Positions 1-10,159 of a stretch of 64,000 bases of DNA are shown here, piece after piece (position 1 is the stretch's first letter; each line of letters starts with the position of its first letter). The stretch comes from Candidatus Dojkabacteria bacterium (GTDB lineage Bacteria; Patescibacteriota; Dojkabacteria; J137): assembly GCA_030834985.1 (NCBI GenBank), contig JAUQWV010000003.1:143387-207386 (forward strand). Reading direction: 5' to 3'. A program made the translations under genes and the position numbers. The notes beneath the pieces are model-generated. The model ran no database searches, was not told the DNA's origin, and worked only from the letters and a program-made list of their open reading frames with translations.

Positions 1-20
1 CTGCACAAAGATTACGGCTT

Positions 21-2267
21 TTAGAAATAGATCTCTAAAGTTTCTAATGCTTTGTTTAAGTAACTGAAGTTTTTAATATATACTTTTGCACTATCTACTA
101 TTTGTTTGTAAAGCTCTTTGTTACTAAGCAGATTTTCGACTGCAGTAGTAATATTTTCAACGGAGTTATCCTTAATTTTAAATACTTCCTTGTTGAGTTC
201 TTCAAAAGCCTTAATATCTGTAACGATTGTAGGCTTTAAAGAAGCCAATGTTTTTTCTATAGCTGCACTCGCAGATTCTCCAGCTGTATCTACATAAGCC
301 AGTACATTAATATCACCACATTGCAGAATAATTTCGATAACCTTTTTATCTAAGAACTCATCAACCAGCACTGCATTACTTTGTAACTTCAGATTTTGAA
401 TCTGCTCCTGCAGCTGCTTATATAGCGCAGAGGCCCAAATATTATTCGGAGAAACTGCATTTAAGCCTAAAAATAATATATTTGGATATCGATCTTTTAA
501 CATTGCAACTGCGGAAATAACATTATCTACTCCTTTATTTGTATTTAATAGTCCGTGAGTGGCAATAATTGGATAGTAGTTTTCTAATCCTAACGTAGCT
601 TTTAAATTAGCTCTGTTTCTATTTTTGTAGCTTATTCTTGGGATACGCATTAAAACAACATTATTTAAAGTTTTAGCTGCATAATCTAAATCTGCCTGAT
701 TATGGAAAATTACTTTTTGTACTAATTTTAGATTAGGACAGTCTTTAATAACATCTAACTCTTTATTATTAGTTACAGAGTGTAAAGTTATAAAAGTCTT
801 AATCGATAAATTTTTTATATTTTCAAGTAAAGTATTCAAGCTTGAAGGCGCAAACTCGCCTGTATGATATTGAATATGAAAGATTTCAATCTTGTTTTCA
901 CTCAAGAATTCAACTAGTTGTGTAAAGTCAGTATCTCCAGTAGACCAATTTCTAACAACATTTGTACTATCTAGTTCTGTACGATCTGCTATATCTTGAT
1001 TAGCAAGGTAATAGAAGTTATTAAAAGATTTCTCTATATTTTTATATAGCTCTTTTGAGTAAGAACTTATTCCAGTCTGATCGTTTAAAAAGGTAAGTGT
1101 TGCAAAATTTTTATCTTTAAAAGCTACGCTCTTTTGTATTGAGTTTAAAAATTCAACACTTTCTTTTGCAGAAGCTTCCCACCTTATAGAATCTGCTGTT
1201 TCTTTTGCATTTTTCACCTTTTGATTTAATTCTTCTAGCTCCGGTAAGTTTTCTGCTCCTTCTATTCTTAGGTTATAGACTTTCTTCATTAAGACTTTTA
1301 ATTGATCAAAGTCAGGTTCAGCCCAATATGAATTTAAATTTACAATTTCATTTTTGCTTGCCAGCTCTAGTTTATAATCTAGTAAATATGCGTTCTCTTC
1401 TGAGCAAAAATCCATATGTCCACTGTAGCCTGTTACAATAACTGGAACCTCTAATTGCATAGCTTCTAAGATTGGAAGGCCAAAACCCTCTCCCCTTGTT
1501 GGATACACTGCACAATCACAACTGGATGTTAAGTTTGCAATTTCTGCTTCAGTTAGATTCGGATCTGGAATATGGACAACCTCTGGCGAGCTATCAGTTT
1601 TATTTTCTGCAAGTAGTTGCTCTACAACATTGTCTGGCCCGGGAAAACTTTTGATCACTAAAACACAGTTATCGTCCTTAGTAAATTCAGAAAAGTATGC
1701 TTTGATTAATAAATCTACACCTTTTCTTTGTTTAGCTGAACTTATATGTATAAATTTAAACTTTTTATTTGTATTCAACTTATATTCTGATGATTGTTCT
1801 TTTTTTAACTCTGGATCTAGAGCATTTGAAACAACCTTTATTGGAACTCTAACACCTGAATCAATTAAGACATCTCTAACAAAAGACGTTGTAGCCATTA
1901 CTCCATGAAGATTTTCATTTATTTCTTCAACCCAACTAGTTGGGTAAGTTACATCTTCCCAAGCGATGTACATTAATTTAACATCTGCATTTAAGTCTTT
2001 TAAGCCATGCAAACTTGTTAATGTTTTTGGGAAATTATTGTAAATAGCAATATCTGTTTTAGTAGGTGTAAGCTTTACAACTTCTGTCAGCTGCCGTTTT
2101 GAGATTTCATCTGCAGATGGCTGGTAATCAATTGCTTCAGGATCACAATACAAGAATGCTTTATATTCTGAATTTAGTGCGTTTATGGCTAAAGCAAGTT
2201 CACGATTAACTTTTGCCAAGCTATAGTTTGTAAAATATGGGCCAACTATTTGTATTGTTTTTTCCAT
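21..2267 (-). CDS. Large two-domain glycosyltransferase (GT4/GT1-like, retaining GT-B fold)
   Basis: 748-aa ORF. EGFGLPILEAM-type E-x7-E nucleotide-sugar motif and a second GT-like half. Overlaps the start of the upstream regulator ORF by 1 nt. Confidence 0.7.
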   Translation of the reverse strand: MEKTIQIVGPYFTNYSLAKVNRELALAINALNSEYKAFLYCDPEAIDYQPSADEISKRQLTEVVKLTPTKTDIAIYNNFPKTLTSLHGLKDLNADVKLMYIAWEDVTYPTSWVEEINENLHGVMATTSFVRDVLIDSGVRVPIKVVSNALDPELKKEQSSEYKLNTNKKFKFIHISSAKQRKGVDLLIKAYFSEFTKDDNCVLVIKSFPGPDNVVEQLLAENKTDSSPEVVHIPDPNLTEAEIANLTSSCDCAVYPTRGEGFGLPILEAMQLEVPVIVTGYSGHMDFCSEENAYLLDYKLELASKNEIVNLNSYWAEPDFDQLKVLMKKVYNLRIEGAENLPELEELNQKVKNAKETADSIRWEASAKESVEFLNSIQKSVAFKDKNFATLTFLNDQTGISSYSKELYKNIEKSFNNFYYLANQDIADRTELDSTNVVRNWSTGDTDFTQLVEFLSENKIEIFHIQYHTGEFAPSSLNTLLENIKNLSIKTFITLHSVTNNKELDVIKDCPNLKLVQKVIFHNQADLDYAAKTLNNVVLMRIPRISYKNRNRANLKATLGLENYYPIIATHGLLNTNKGVDNVISAVAMLKDRYPNILFLGLNAVSPNNIWASALYKQLQEQIQNLKLQSNAVLVDEFLDKKVIEIILQCGDINVLAYVDTAGESASAAIEKTLASLKPTIVTDIKAFEELNKEVFKIKDNSVENITTAVENLLSNKELYKQIVDSAKVYIKNFSYLNKALETLEIYF

Positions 2268-2881
2268 TATTGTCTAACTAGGTCTTCGTAATTACCAATT
2301 AGCATTACATTATCCTGCATAAGAACATCTGTGATCATTTGATCTTTTCTTCGCTTTCTTAAGGCAAATTCATTTGGCTTTAGCACCATATAGTGGATTT
2401 CCCGGCCTTTGTTTGATTGCATCTTTTGAACAATAGACTCCAGTTCATCTAAGTCAACATCTCCAACAACTACTAAATCAATATGTTGTTCAATATTATT
2501 TGCACCTTTTGTATAAGTAGGAGTTAAAAACGCAAATTGAATCTCACCGATTTTTTTTGAATTAGTTATTATATCGCCGCCTAATCCATATACCTTATGG
2601 AACATTGACAACATATCGTTGTAGAAAGGATGCTCTATGTTTACTCTAAAATATTTTCTATTACCTTTACTTTCGCAAATAATAAATTTAGTTTCTTCTA
2701 ATCTATTAAGTTCTCTTCTAACAGCGTTTATTTCTTCCTCGAATTCTCTAACTGCACCCCTCAAATGAATTGTAGCTTCAGGGTTTAATGCAAAGTATCT
2801 GAGTGTTTTAATTCTAACTTTTGAGATGAATAAATGTTCTAAAGATTTGTATCCAGGATTGTTCATAAATATAAAAATCAA
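2267..2881 (-). CDS. Putative winged-helix transcriptional regulator (start may be the internal Met at 2866)
   Basis: 204-aa ORF with an N-terminal HTH-like region (KVRIKTLRYFALNPEATIHLRGAVREF). The family is not confidently recognised. Confidence 0.35.
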   Translation of the reverse strand: MIFIFMNNPGYKSLEHLFISKVRIKTLRYFALNPEATIHLRGAVREFEEEINAVRRELNRLEETKFIICESKGNRKYFRVNIEHPFYNDMLSMFHKVYGLGGDIITNSKKIGEIQFAFLTPTYTKGANNIEQHIDLVVVGDVDLDELESIVQKMQSNKGREIHYMVLKPNEFALRKRRKDQMITDVLMQDNVMLIGNYEDLVRQ

Positions 2882-3039
2882 CTGTAGACTTGGGATCTAC
2901 AAAATAGTATAAATAAATTAAACAATATTCGGTGTAATTTAGTCAAGTGGAATTTTAAGATTTTCCATAATCAAAATTATTATACAGGAATTCCACCTGA
3001 ACTTTTAAGTTTTCTTTTTAAAATTCATTTAAAGTAAGA

Positions 3040-3070
3040 AACTTAAAGGCGGCGCTCCTAGCGCCGCCTT
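3040..3070 (-). terminator. Rho-independent terminator downstream of recA
   Basis: Perfect 8-bp GC stem GGCGGCGC/GCGCCGCC (3048-3055 / 3061-3068) with a 5-nt loop. The minus-strand RNA continues into UUUAAGUUU. Confidence 0.55.
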
Positions 3071-3099
3071 ACTAAAACCTGTATTTTATAATTCAGCGA

Positions 3100-4125
3100 T
3101 TAAAGACCTGCCGCTTTTTTAACATCGTTCCACACCTCTTGCAAAAGTTTCTTGTCATTTTTTAACAGTTCTTTAATTCCCTCTTTGCCCTGTCCTAGGT
3201 TTTCACCATTACGTTTAAACCACGCACCAGACTTCTCTATTACATTGTATTTAACTGCAGCATCCACTAGGCTAGATATTTTATCAATACCTTCACCATA
3301 ACGAATTTCAAATTCAGCTTCTTTAAATGGCGGAGCTACCTTATTTTTTACTACCTTAACACGAACCAGATTCCCAACAACCTCTTCTCCTTTTGTAATT
3401 TTTTCTTTTGCTCTAATATCCATTCTTACAGAAGCATAAAACTTTAGTGCGTTACCTCCTGTAGTAGTTTCCGGGTTTCCAAACATTATTCCTATTTTCA
3501 TTCTTAATTGGTTTAAGAAGATTACAACTGTATTAGTTTTACTTGCAATACCTGTAATCTTTCTTAAAGCCTGACTCATAAGCCTTGCCTGCAAACCCAT
3601 GTGAGAATCCCCCATTTCACCGTCAATCTCTGCTTTGGGTGTTAAAGCTGCCACTGAATCGACAACTATTATGTCCAGCGCTCCTGATCTTAATAAAGTT
3701 TCTAAAATTTCTAAAGCCTGTTCACCATAATCTGGCTGAGAAACTAAAAGACTATCTGTTTGAATACCTATTTTTTTTGCATATTCAGGATCAAATGCAT
3801 GTTCAGCATCAATCAGAGCTGCAGTTCCACCTGCTTTTTGCGCTTCTGCAATAACATGCATTGCTAATGTTGTTTTACCGGATGACTCTGGACCAAAAAT
3901 TTCAATAATTCTCCCTTTTGGTACACCACCAACACCTAAAGCAATATCTAAGCCTATTGCACCAGTAGAAACTGAGTCATATTTCTTAACCTTCTCCTCT
4001 GCTAAGGTCATAATTGAGCCCTCACCAAATTGCTTAGTGATCTGTTGCATAGCCATTTTTATTGCATTGGATTTATTATCTGTTTGAGAAGTTTCTGTAA
4101 CCTCTTCTTTTTGTGCTTTTGCCAT
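3100..4125 (-). CDS. recA: Recombinase RecA
   Basis: GPESSGKTT Walker A, the [12 protein letters not shown] region and the conserved L1/L2 regions. 341 aa. Confidence 0.97.
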   Translation of the reverse strand: MAKAQKEEVTETSQTDNKSNAIKMAMQQITKQFGEGSIMTLAEEKVKKYDSVSTGAIGLDIALGVGGVPKGRIIEIFGPESSGKTTLAMHVIAEAQKAGGTAALIDAEHAFDPEYAKKIGIQTDSLLVSQPDYGEQALEILETLLRSGALDIIVVDSVAALTPKAEIDGEMGDSHMGLQARLMSQALRKITGIASKTNTVVIFLNQLRMKIGIMFGNPETTTGGNALKFYASVRMDIRAKEKITKGEEVVGNLVRVKVVKNKVAPPFKEAEFEIRYGEGIDKISSLVDAAVKYNVIEKSGAWFKRNGENLGQGKEGIKELLKNDKKLLQEVWNDVKKAAGL

Positions 4126-4245
4126 AATATTAGTTTTAAAGTTAATTTAAGCAATTTTAATTGGATTAGGTTTACAAAATTCTTACAACCTTCCAATAAA
4201 TCAATAATAAGCTACAAATACGGGAGTGTCAAAAGGTATACGGGG

Positions 4246-4815
4246 TTATTGCCCATCTGCTAAGGAAAATATCATCTCAACCGATGATAAATGTTCTAGG
4301 ACTTCTAACTTAAAATCAAATTCTCTTTCAGAAAATTTATCAAGAGTTATTGTTTTTGGTCCAAAGGATTCTTCTCTTGTATACATAATCAAAGAGTCTT
4401 TTTCATCTTCTAAGTAAACTTTAATTTTTCCTTTAAGAGCTTCTGGAATATTAAAACTAGCTTTAGTTTTAATTTCAGTATTATTTGGATTGTAAATATT
4501 AAATAAGCTACCTGAGTAGGTCCCTTTTAATAAGTTAGATGCAGATAAATTAAAAGAAGCTTGTCCATCAATATTTTCTTCTCTTGAAATTTTAAATTTG
4601 GGATCTTGTTTAAAAGTATCGTTAACAACTAAAGGAAGTGCGGTATGCGCTTCAGTAGAGATTCCAGCAACTCCGCCAGAACTTATATTAGAACCATATT
4701 GCTCTACTATTGGATTAAGCATCGAAACACTAATAGCACTAACAAGGACTAAACCAATAATGCCCATAACTGCAAAACTGGCTTCTAATTTGTTAATAGG
4801 ATTTTTTATAGCCAT
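4246..4815 (-). CDS. Hypothetical membrane-anchored/secreted protein
   Basis: N-terminal hydrophobic helix (FAVMGIIGLVLVSAISV) followed by a polar S/N-rich domain. No recognisable family. Confidence 0.4.
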   Translation of the reverse strand: MAIKNPINKLEASFAVMGIIGLVLVSAISVSMLNPIVEQYGSNISSGGVAGISTEAHTALPLVVNDTFKQDPKFKISREENIDGQASFNLSASNLLKGTYSGSLFNIYNPNNTEIKTKASFNIPEALKGKIKVYLEDEKDSLIMYTREESFGPKTITLDKFSEREFDFKLEVLEHLSSVEMIFSLADGQ

Positions 4816-4919
4816 ATACTACATACTAAAGAGTAAAAGCTAAATTGTAAAGCACAAGCATTTTTAAAAATTCAGGTATTGAATTAAAATGAATCAATAA
4901 GATTTTATTCAAAAGACTA

Positions 4920-5645
4920 ATGAGCAATTACGGAATAAAGCTTGAAGCTAATCCTAATAGAGAACTTATAAGCGAGCATAAAGGAGTTAAATATGCACGT
5001 TATCCTGTTGAAACTCCTATTGTTAATATTGGAGACGATCTATATAAATTTATTGAAGACTATGCCGCTCCATATTTTCAAGAAGGGGATTTTTTTTGTA
5101 TCTCTTCAAAGATCCTCAGTATTACTGAAAAATATGTTGTTCATAGATCTGAAATCGAAATTTCACCACTTGCCAGACTAATAGTTAAGTTTGTAAAAAA
5201 GTGGCCTAACGATTATGGATACTCTCTACCTGAAAAAATGCAAGTGGCAATAAATATAGTTGGATATCCGCGTATGATTCTTGCTTTAATAGGAGGTACC
5301 TTAATGAAATTTATAGGTAAGCCGGGATATTTCTACAGGATAGCAGGACACAATATAAATGCAATTGATGGCTTTATTCCGACAGCAATGAAACCTTTTA
5401 ATGAATATGCTTTTTTACCTCCAACAAATGCAGATGAGATAGCCAATAAGATCGAAGAAAAATTTAATGTTCCTACTGCGATTGTAGACGGTAATAACAT
5501 AGATAACAATATTATAGGATATGGCACTAAGTTAAGAGAAATGTTTAGTGTAGAGGACTTAATGCAAATATTAAAAGGAAATCCTCAAGGGCAAGATGAT
5601 GATGGAAACATAACACCAATGTTAATCGTTAGAAAGGTAGTGTAA
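4920..5645 (+). CDS. F420-0:gamma-glutamyl ligase (CofE)-like family protein
   Basis: The GDDL..EDGD..CISSKILS..EK pattern resembles the CofE/FbiB N-terminal region. 241 aa fits the size of that family. Confidence 0.4.
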   Translation: MSNYGIKLEANPNRELISEHKGVKYARYPVETPIVNIGDDLYKFIEDYAAPYFQEGDFFCISSKILSITEKYVVHRSEIEISPLARLIVKFVKKWPNDYGYSLPEKMQVAINIVGYPRMILALIGGTLMKFIGKPGYFYRIAGHNINAIDGFIPTAMKPFNEYAFLPPTNADEIANKIEEKFNVPTAIVDGNNIDNNIIGYGTKLREMFSVEDLMQILKGNPQGQDDDGNITPMLIVRKVV

Positions 5646-5678
5646 AATACTTTTGAGTTATAAATTATTTATTATAGG

Positions 5679-6338
5679 GTGGTATACTCTCACGTGAAAA
5701 AATTATATAAAATTGCTCAAAAGCCTTTACTAATAAGCATTCTTACAATGAGTATGCTTTGTCCCATAGTAATTACAGCTCAAGACTTAACTACTCAATC
5801 AAAAGCTCCAGAAATCCAAGATGTTGACGGGTTAAGAACAGAGTTTAAACAATACACGCAGGACCCAGCTACAAAGAAAGTTAAATTTGAAATGGTTCTA
5901 AAATCTAATATAGACTCTGATAGAGTAAGAATTACTTGGACAACCACCGGACCAAATATATTTGAAAAACAAGGCAACTATGTAATTGAAGGAAATACAG
6001 CACGCGGAGATATATCAATTAGAAAAGGTCAAACATACGTAATTCCTATTGAAGTAACAATTTTAGGAGGCGGTGTAAATGAGCTTTTTGGAAGAGCTGA
6101 AGCATTCTTAGCTGAAAGTACCTATATCGCAACGGTTCGAAAAAACTATGCTACCAATAGCGAATCAGAAGTACTCCCTATTACAGATGAATACACTTCA
6201 ATAAAGACTAGAAACCTTATTATCACAATTGTTTTAATAATTATGGCTGTAGCAGCTTCTTTAGTTGCAATTTATTTAGGTTTAAAACAGTTCTTAAAAT
6301 GGTTAGATAAAGACGAGCGCGACCTGCCTGAATATTAA
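5679..6338 (+). CDS. Hypothetical exported protein with C-terminal membrane anchor
   Basis: N-terminal signal/TM segment and a C-terminal TM followed by a charged tail (KQFLKWLDKDERD). No motif recognised. Confidence 0.45.
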   Translation: MVYSHVKKLYKIAQKPLLISILTMSMLCPIVITAQDLTTQSKAPEIQDVDGLRTEFKQYTQDPATKKVKFEMVLKSNIDSDRVRITWTTTGPNIFEKQGNYVIEGNTARGDISIRKGQTYVIPIEVTILGGGVNELFGRAEAFLAESTYIATVRKNYATNSESEVLPITDEYTSIKTRNLIITIVLIIMAVAASLVAIYLGLKQFLKWLDKDERDLPEY

Positions 6339-6361
6339 GTTAATGTGTTATCCTACTTGCT

Positions 6362-8041
6362 ATGGAATGGATTTTACCTGAGCAAAATAATGCTCCTTTA
6401 ATTGAATGGATTTTTTCGTCAAGAAACATTGATCCTAATAACTCTTCCTTTTTTAATCCTCAACTATCTGATTTACACTCTCCTTTGCTTTTAAGTGATG
6501 TAAAGAAAGTGGCGGTGATTATTAAAGAGTTTTTGGGAACTGATAGAAAGATATTTATACATGGTGATTTTGATGTAGATGGTATCACCGCCACTTCAAT
6601 CATGTGGCAGTTTCTATTCAGAGATCTAGGCCTTAATGCTCTGCCCTATATACCATCAAGATTTACAGAAGGTTACGGTTTAAGTGAAGAATCAATTAAT
6701 AGAATTATTGAAATGGGTGGTGAACTTATTATTACAGTGGACTGCGGAGTTAAAGACGCTTCACTAATAAAAGAGTTCAGCAATAAAATTAAATTTATAG
6801 TTACAGATCACCATACTCTATTATCGGATAAAGAGAAGGTTGAAGGTGGCAAACTGGCAGGCGAATATTTAATACCAGATAAAGCTTTAGCAGTTTGCCA
6901 CCCTAAACTCAATAATTATCCATTCAGTGAACTATGCGGTGCTGCTGTTTCTTGGAAAGTATGTTCTGCTGTTAATGAAATCCTTAAAAAAGATATCGAT
7001 ATGACAAAATATCTCGACCTAGTAGCGATAGGAACTGTTTGCGATATTATGCCTTTGATTGATGAAAATAGAACGTTAGTTAAATTAGGCTTAGAAAAAC
7101 TAAAGAGAACTTCTAATTTAGGAATTAGAAATATTTTTGACTATCTAAAGATACCATTAAACAGTATCGATACTTATCACCTGGGCTTTGTATTAGGACC
7201 AAGAATCAATGCTACAGGGCGCCTAGAAGACGCAATGGATGGAGTCAGACTACTTACGACTCAAGACCATAAAATGGCTTTAAAAATGGCTTTAAAACTC
7301 GATTCTTTAAATTCAGAGAGGCAACTTTTAACTCAAAAGTTTATTAAATTAGCCGAAGAACAAATTCAAAGTCAAATAAATGACAATCTTTTTTTTATTT
7401 ATGGAGAAGATTGGCCTGAAGGAATTATTGGCCTAATTGCGGGTAAAATTTGTGAAAAGTACCATAGACCAGTCATTGTAGGATCTTTAAAAGATGGTAA
7501 GATAAAAGCATCTGCACGTAGTATTGAAAGCTTTAACATCGCTCAAAATTTATCTGATCTATCTGCTCTGCTCTTATCACATGGCGGGCACACACAAGCA
7601 GCAGGCCTTAGCTTTGCTAAGGATAATCTAGAGAAATTTGTGCCCGCCATAAAAGACGCTGCAAACAGTACTATCAGCCAAGCAGATCTTATAAAAAAAC
7701 TTCGAATTGATGGGATAGCTAACCTTACAGATATCAATTTAGAGACCCATAATAAACTGTCATCACTCTCCCCTTTTGGGATGGCAAATAAAAAGCCCGT
7801 GGTAGCACTAAGGAATGTATCTGCCCATCAGCTAAGAGTATTCGGTAAAGAAAATAATCATATCAAGTTTATATTTAATACTGATAATGGTCCAACAGAA
7901 GCATTAGGTTTCTATAAAGCACAGGAGTTAGAAAATATCGGTATCGGAAACAAAGTAGATATAGCAGGAACAATAGAAAGAAACGATTGGAATGGCACAC
8001 AATCCACCTATATCAAGATTGATGATATTAAGCACAGCTAA
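6362..8041 (+). CDS. recJ: Single-stranded-DNA-specific exonuclease RecJ
   Basis: DHH family motifs DFDVDGIT and VTDHHT, plus a DHHA1 GGH motif (SHGGHTQAAG). Confidence 0.9.
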   Translation: MEWILPEQNNAPLIEWIFSSRNIDPNNSSFFNPQLSDLHSPLLLSDVKKVAVIIKEFLGTDRKIFIHGDFDVDGITATSIMWQFLFRDLGLNALPYIPSRFTEGYGLSEESINRIIEMGGELIITVDCGVKDASLIKEFSNKIKFIVTDHHTLLSDKEKVEGGKLAGEYLIPDKALAVCHPKLNNYPFSELCGAAVSWKVCSAVNEILKKDIDMTKYLDLVAIGTVCDIMPLIDENRTLVKLGLEKLKRTSNLGIRNIFDYLKIPLNSIDTYHLGFVLGPRINATGRLEDAMDGVRLLTTQDHKMALKMALKLDSLNSERQLLTQKFIKLAEEQIQSQINDNLFFIYGEDWPEGIIGLIAGKICEKYHRPVIVGSLKDGKIKASARSIESFNIAQNLSDLSALLLSHGGHTQAAGLSFAKDNLEKFVPAIKDAANSTISQADLIKKLRIDGIANLTDINLETHNKLSSLSPFGMANKKPVVALRNVSAHQLRVFGKENNHIKFIFNTDNGPTEALGFYKAQELENIGIGNKVDIAGTIERNDWNGTQSTYIKIDDIKHS

Positions 8042-8074
8042 GCCTCTACTCTATTTTTGTAGATAAATTAAGCA

Positions 8075-8104
8075 TAAAAAATCCCGACCTTACGGCCGGG
8101 ATAA
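8075..8104 (-). terminator. Rho-independent terminator downstream of hup (may also serve recJ)
   Basis: Minus-strand RNA stem CCCGGCC-GUAA-GGUCGGG (one G.U pair) followed by AUUUUUU. Lies between the convergent recJ and hup genes. Confidence 0.55.
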
Positions 8105-8124
8105 ATGCTAAAAAAGATTTAGAC

Positions 8125-8400
8125 TTATCTTGAAACAACTTCTCTGAAGTGCTTTCCAGGTCTGAATCTTGGAACGTTCTTAGCCTTTACTCTTACAGGT
8201 TCTCCGGTTTTTGGATTTCTTTTAACACTTTCTTTTCTTCTTACGGATACGAAAGTACCGAAGTTTGTTAAAGTAACTGGCTTTCCGGATTTAACAGTTG
8301 AAACAACAGCATCAACGATTGCGTCTAATGCGCTGTTTACATCCTTCTTTGTTAAACCAGTCTTATTTGCAACGTATGCAATTAATTCTGCTTTATTCAT
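8125..8400 (-). CDS. hup: DNA-binding protein HU
   Basis: 91 aa with the canonical HU/IHF fold signature (MNKAELIA...GFGTF..R..RNP.TGE...). Confidence 0.9.
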   Translation of the reverse strand: MNKAELIAYVANKTGLTKKDVNSALDAIVDAVVSTVKSGKPVTLTNFGTFVSVRRKESVKRNPKTGEPVRVKAKNVPRFRPGKHFREVVSR

Positions 8401-8886
8401 AGAGAATGAATAAATAAATAAAATAATTATCCGTTAAGGATCTTAGCTTGTGACTTTTTTCAAAGTCAAGTTAAGTTTATGTTTTAGCAAGCCAAATTGT
8501 CAATCACTCTACCCTGTAATGTTTTGATTTCACATACTCTATTCATCTATAAAAATTTTTAAGTAAAGTACTTTGTGTTAAACATTACCCTATAACCATA
8601 TGGCCCTATTCTTCTTTATAGATAAGGATTTGCACTTATTAATTATCAGCTGGCTTTAATGCCAGTTTTTGGAAACATAATCTTGAGTATAGAACAGCCA
8701 TATTTTAAATAGATAAAAATTAAAGGATTTATTTGCCAGCAAGCAAATTTTCAGTTCCTATTTCCTCTAAAATTTTTTGTAAGAACTTTGTAAGAAAAAT
8801 TCTTTAAAATTTTCCTGCGGAGCGTTTTCGTGTGAAAGTATACCTATATAGTATTTTTTAAGAAACAAACTAAAATAGAGGTAGTA

Positions 8887-9249
8887 TTATTCTATGGAGT
8901 TTTTAACAGCTTGAAAGGGTAGAGTAGCGCATTTTAATCTAGCCATAGTTAAAGGAATCCCAACGAGATTAATCTGAAAGTCTTCACTTAGATTTTTAAC
9001 TTCATCTAATGTTTTACCTTTTAATTCTTCAAGAAGTAAGGAAGCACTTCCAATTGCAATAGAACAGCCTTCGCCACTAAACGCCACATTCTTAATAATC
9101 TTGTCAGCAGATACTTCTAACCATATTTCAATTTCATCACCGCACGATAAATTAGAAACTTTAGCATTATGAGTAGCCTCAAAAGAAGGAGCACCAAAAT
9201 TTCTTGGTGAGTGGTAATGATCTAGTAATTGTTGTTGATACTCATTCAT
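8887..9249 (-). CDS. Fe-S cluster assembly scaffold, NifU/IscU/SufU-like
   Basis: NPRNFG, CGD and GCSI cysteine motifs characteristic of U-type scaffolds. Confidence 0.8.
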   Translation of the reverse strand: MNEYQQQLLDHYHSPRNFGAPSFEATHNAKVSNLSCGDEIEIWLEVSADKIIKNVAFSGEGCSIAIGSASLLLEELKGKTLDEVKNLSEDFQINLVGIPLTMARLKCATLPFQAVKNSIE

Positions 9250-9279
9250 ATATTCATTATTAACGAATGAATTTTAACA

Positions 9280-9909
9280 CTATAATTTATTTATTTCTTC
9301 GATCTCACCGCTAACAAGCGAAATACCTGCTGCCTTTAGATACTCCAAATACGTGTCTACAAATTTTTCTAAAGGTAAGCTTTCGTTATCGGTTTTATCC
9401 TGTAGATTCTGTAAAAGAAGATACCTTTTAAGTGATTCAGAAAGGAGCAGAGCAGTCACAATTTGTTCTAGAAGAACGAATTCATACTCTGGGAATTTTA
9501 AAGAAAAGTAGTTAACCAACTTTTCTTTTTCTAAATTTTTAGAAGTCTGCAGGATTATTACATAAGTTATAGGAATAGAGATAAACCATAAAGAAAGTAT
9601 CGTTAAAGCCCAGCTAATAGATGTAGTAGCAATTATAATAAAAAATACAAAAGAAAGCAGAGCGAATTCTATGGCAACTAAGTTTGTATAGTTGTTCATT
9701 CTAGATTTGTAGTAATTATGAACTTCGGGAATTAGAAGCTTTTTGGCTTTTGGAGGTTCTTCAAAGCTAAAAAGGAAGTATATTATTGACGCTAAAAAAG
9801 CCAAAAAGCTTACCAGATCAACAATCCAGCCTGCATCTGCTAAACTAAAAACTATAGCTAGAATAAAAGTGATAGCAAAAATAACAATGTAAAAACGAAA
9901 CCTTTCCAC
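9280..9909 (-). CDS. Hypothetical integral membrane protein
   Basis: Several hydrophobic helices. No family recognised. Confidence 0.45.
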   Translation of the reverse strand: MERFRFYIVIFAITFILAIVFSLADAGWIVDLVSFLAFLASIIYFLFSFEEPPKAKKLLIPEVHNYYKSRMNNYTNLVAIEFALLSFVFFIIIATTSISWALTILSLWFISIPITYVIILQTSKNLEKEKLVNYFSLKFPEYEFVLLEQIVTALLLSESLKRYLLLQNLQDKTDNESLPLEKFVDTYLEYLKAAGISLVSGEIEEINKL

Positions 9910-9951
9910 AAAAATTTTTTTAACTTATCTTCATTTTACTCGTACTTATCG

Positions 9952-9980
9952 TTGACAGCAAAATTTTCTTAATTTATTAT
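9952..9980 (+). promoter_or_regulatory. Sigma-70-like promoter upstream of rpoB
   Basis: TTGACA (9952-9957), 17-nt spacer, TATTAT (9975-9980). Confidence 0.35.
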
Positions 9981-10104
9981 GATATTTACACTTTACTTTT
10001 AGGGATATTTCGTGCTATAAATAGTCCACATTAAAAAAGTCCCTAAAAGCTATATATAGCAAATGCTAAAAAAGAAAATTATCTAAAGATTATAAAGAGT
10101 TAAT

Positions 10105-10144
10105 ACACACTCAATAGGGCGAGTGTGTCTTTTTATTGCTTTTT
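10105..10144 (+). promoter_or_regulatory. Terminator-like hairpin/attenuator in the rpoB leader
   Basis: Perfect 8-bp stem ACACACTC/GAGTGTGT followed by CTTTTTATTGCTTTTT, ending about 15 nt before the rpoB ATG at 10160. Confidence 0.4.
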
Positions 10145-10159
10145 AAGTTTTATTACAAT

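Noticed and set aside
1205-1908. Three small plus-strand ORFs (78, 60, 92 aa) inside the 748-aa glycosyltransferase
   Set aside because: Entirely nested antisense within a long, motif-supported CDS.
4126-4245. Searched the recA upstream region for a LexA/Cheo box (CGAACN4GTTCG or CTGTN8ACAG)
   Set aside because: No match found. There is no evidence for SOS regulation from sequence.
6118-6135. GGTTCGAAA, a tRNA T-loop-like string
   Set aside because: Lies inside a CDS. No flanking acceptor or anticodon stem structure. No tRNA genes were recognised anywhere in the window.
10136-10159. TTG start extending rpoB by 8 codons (MLFKFYYN)
   Set aside because: The extension overlaps the terminator-like T-tract and has no upstream SD. 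The ATG at 10160 gives the conserved MAINNRVNL N-terminus.
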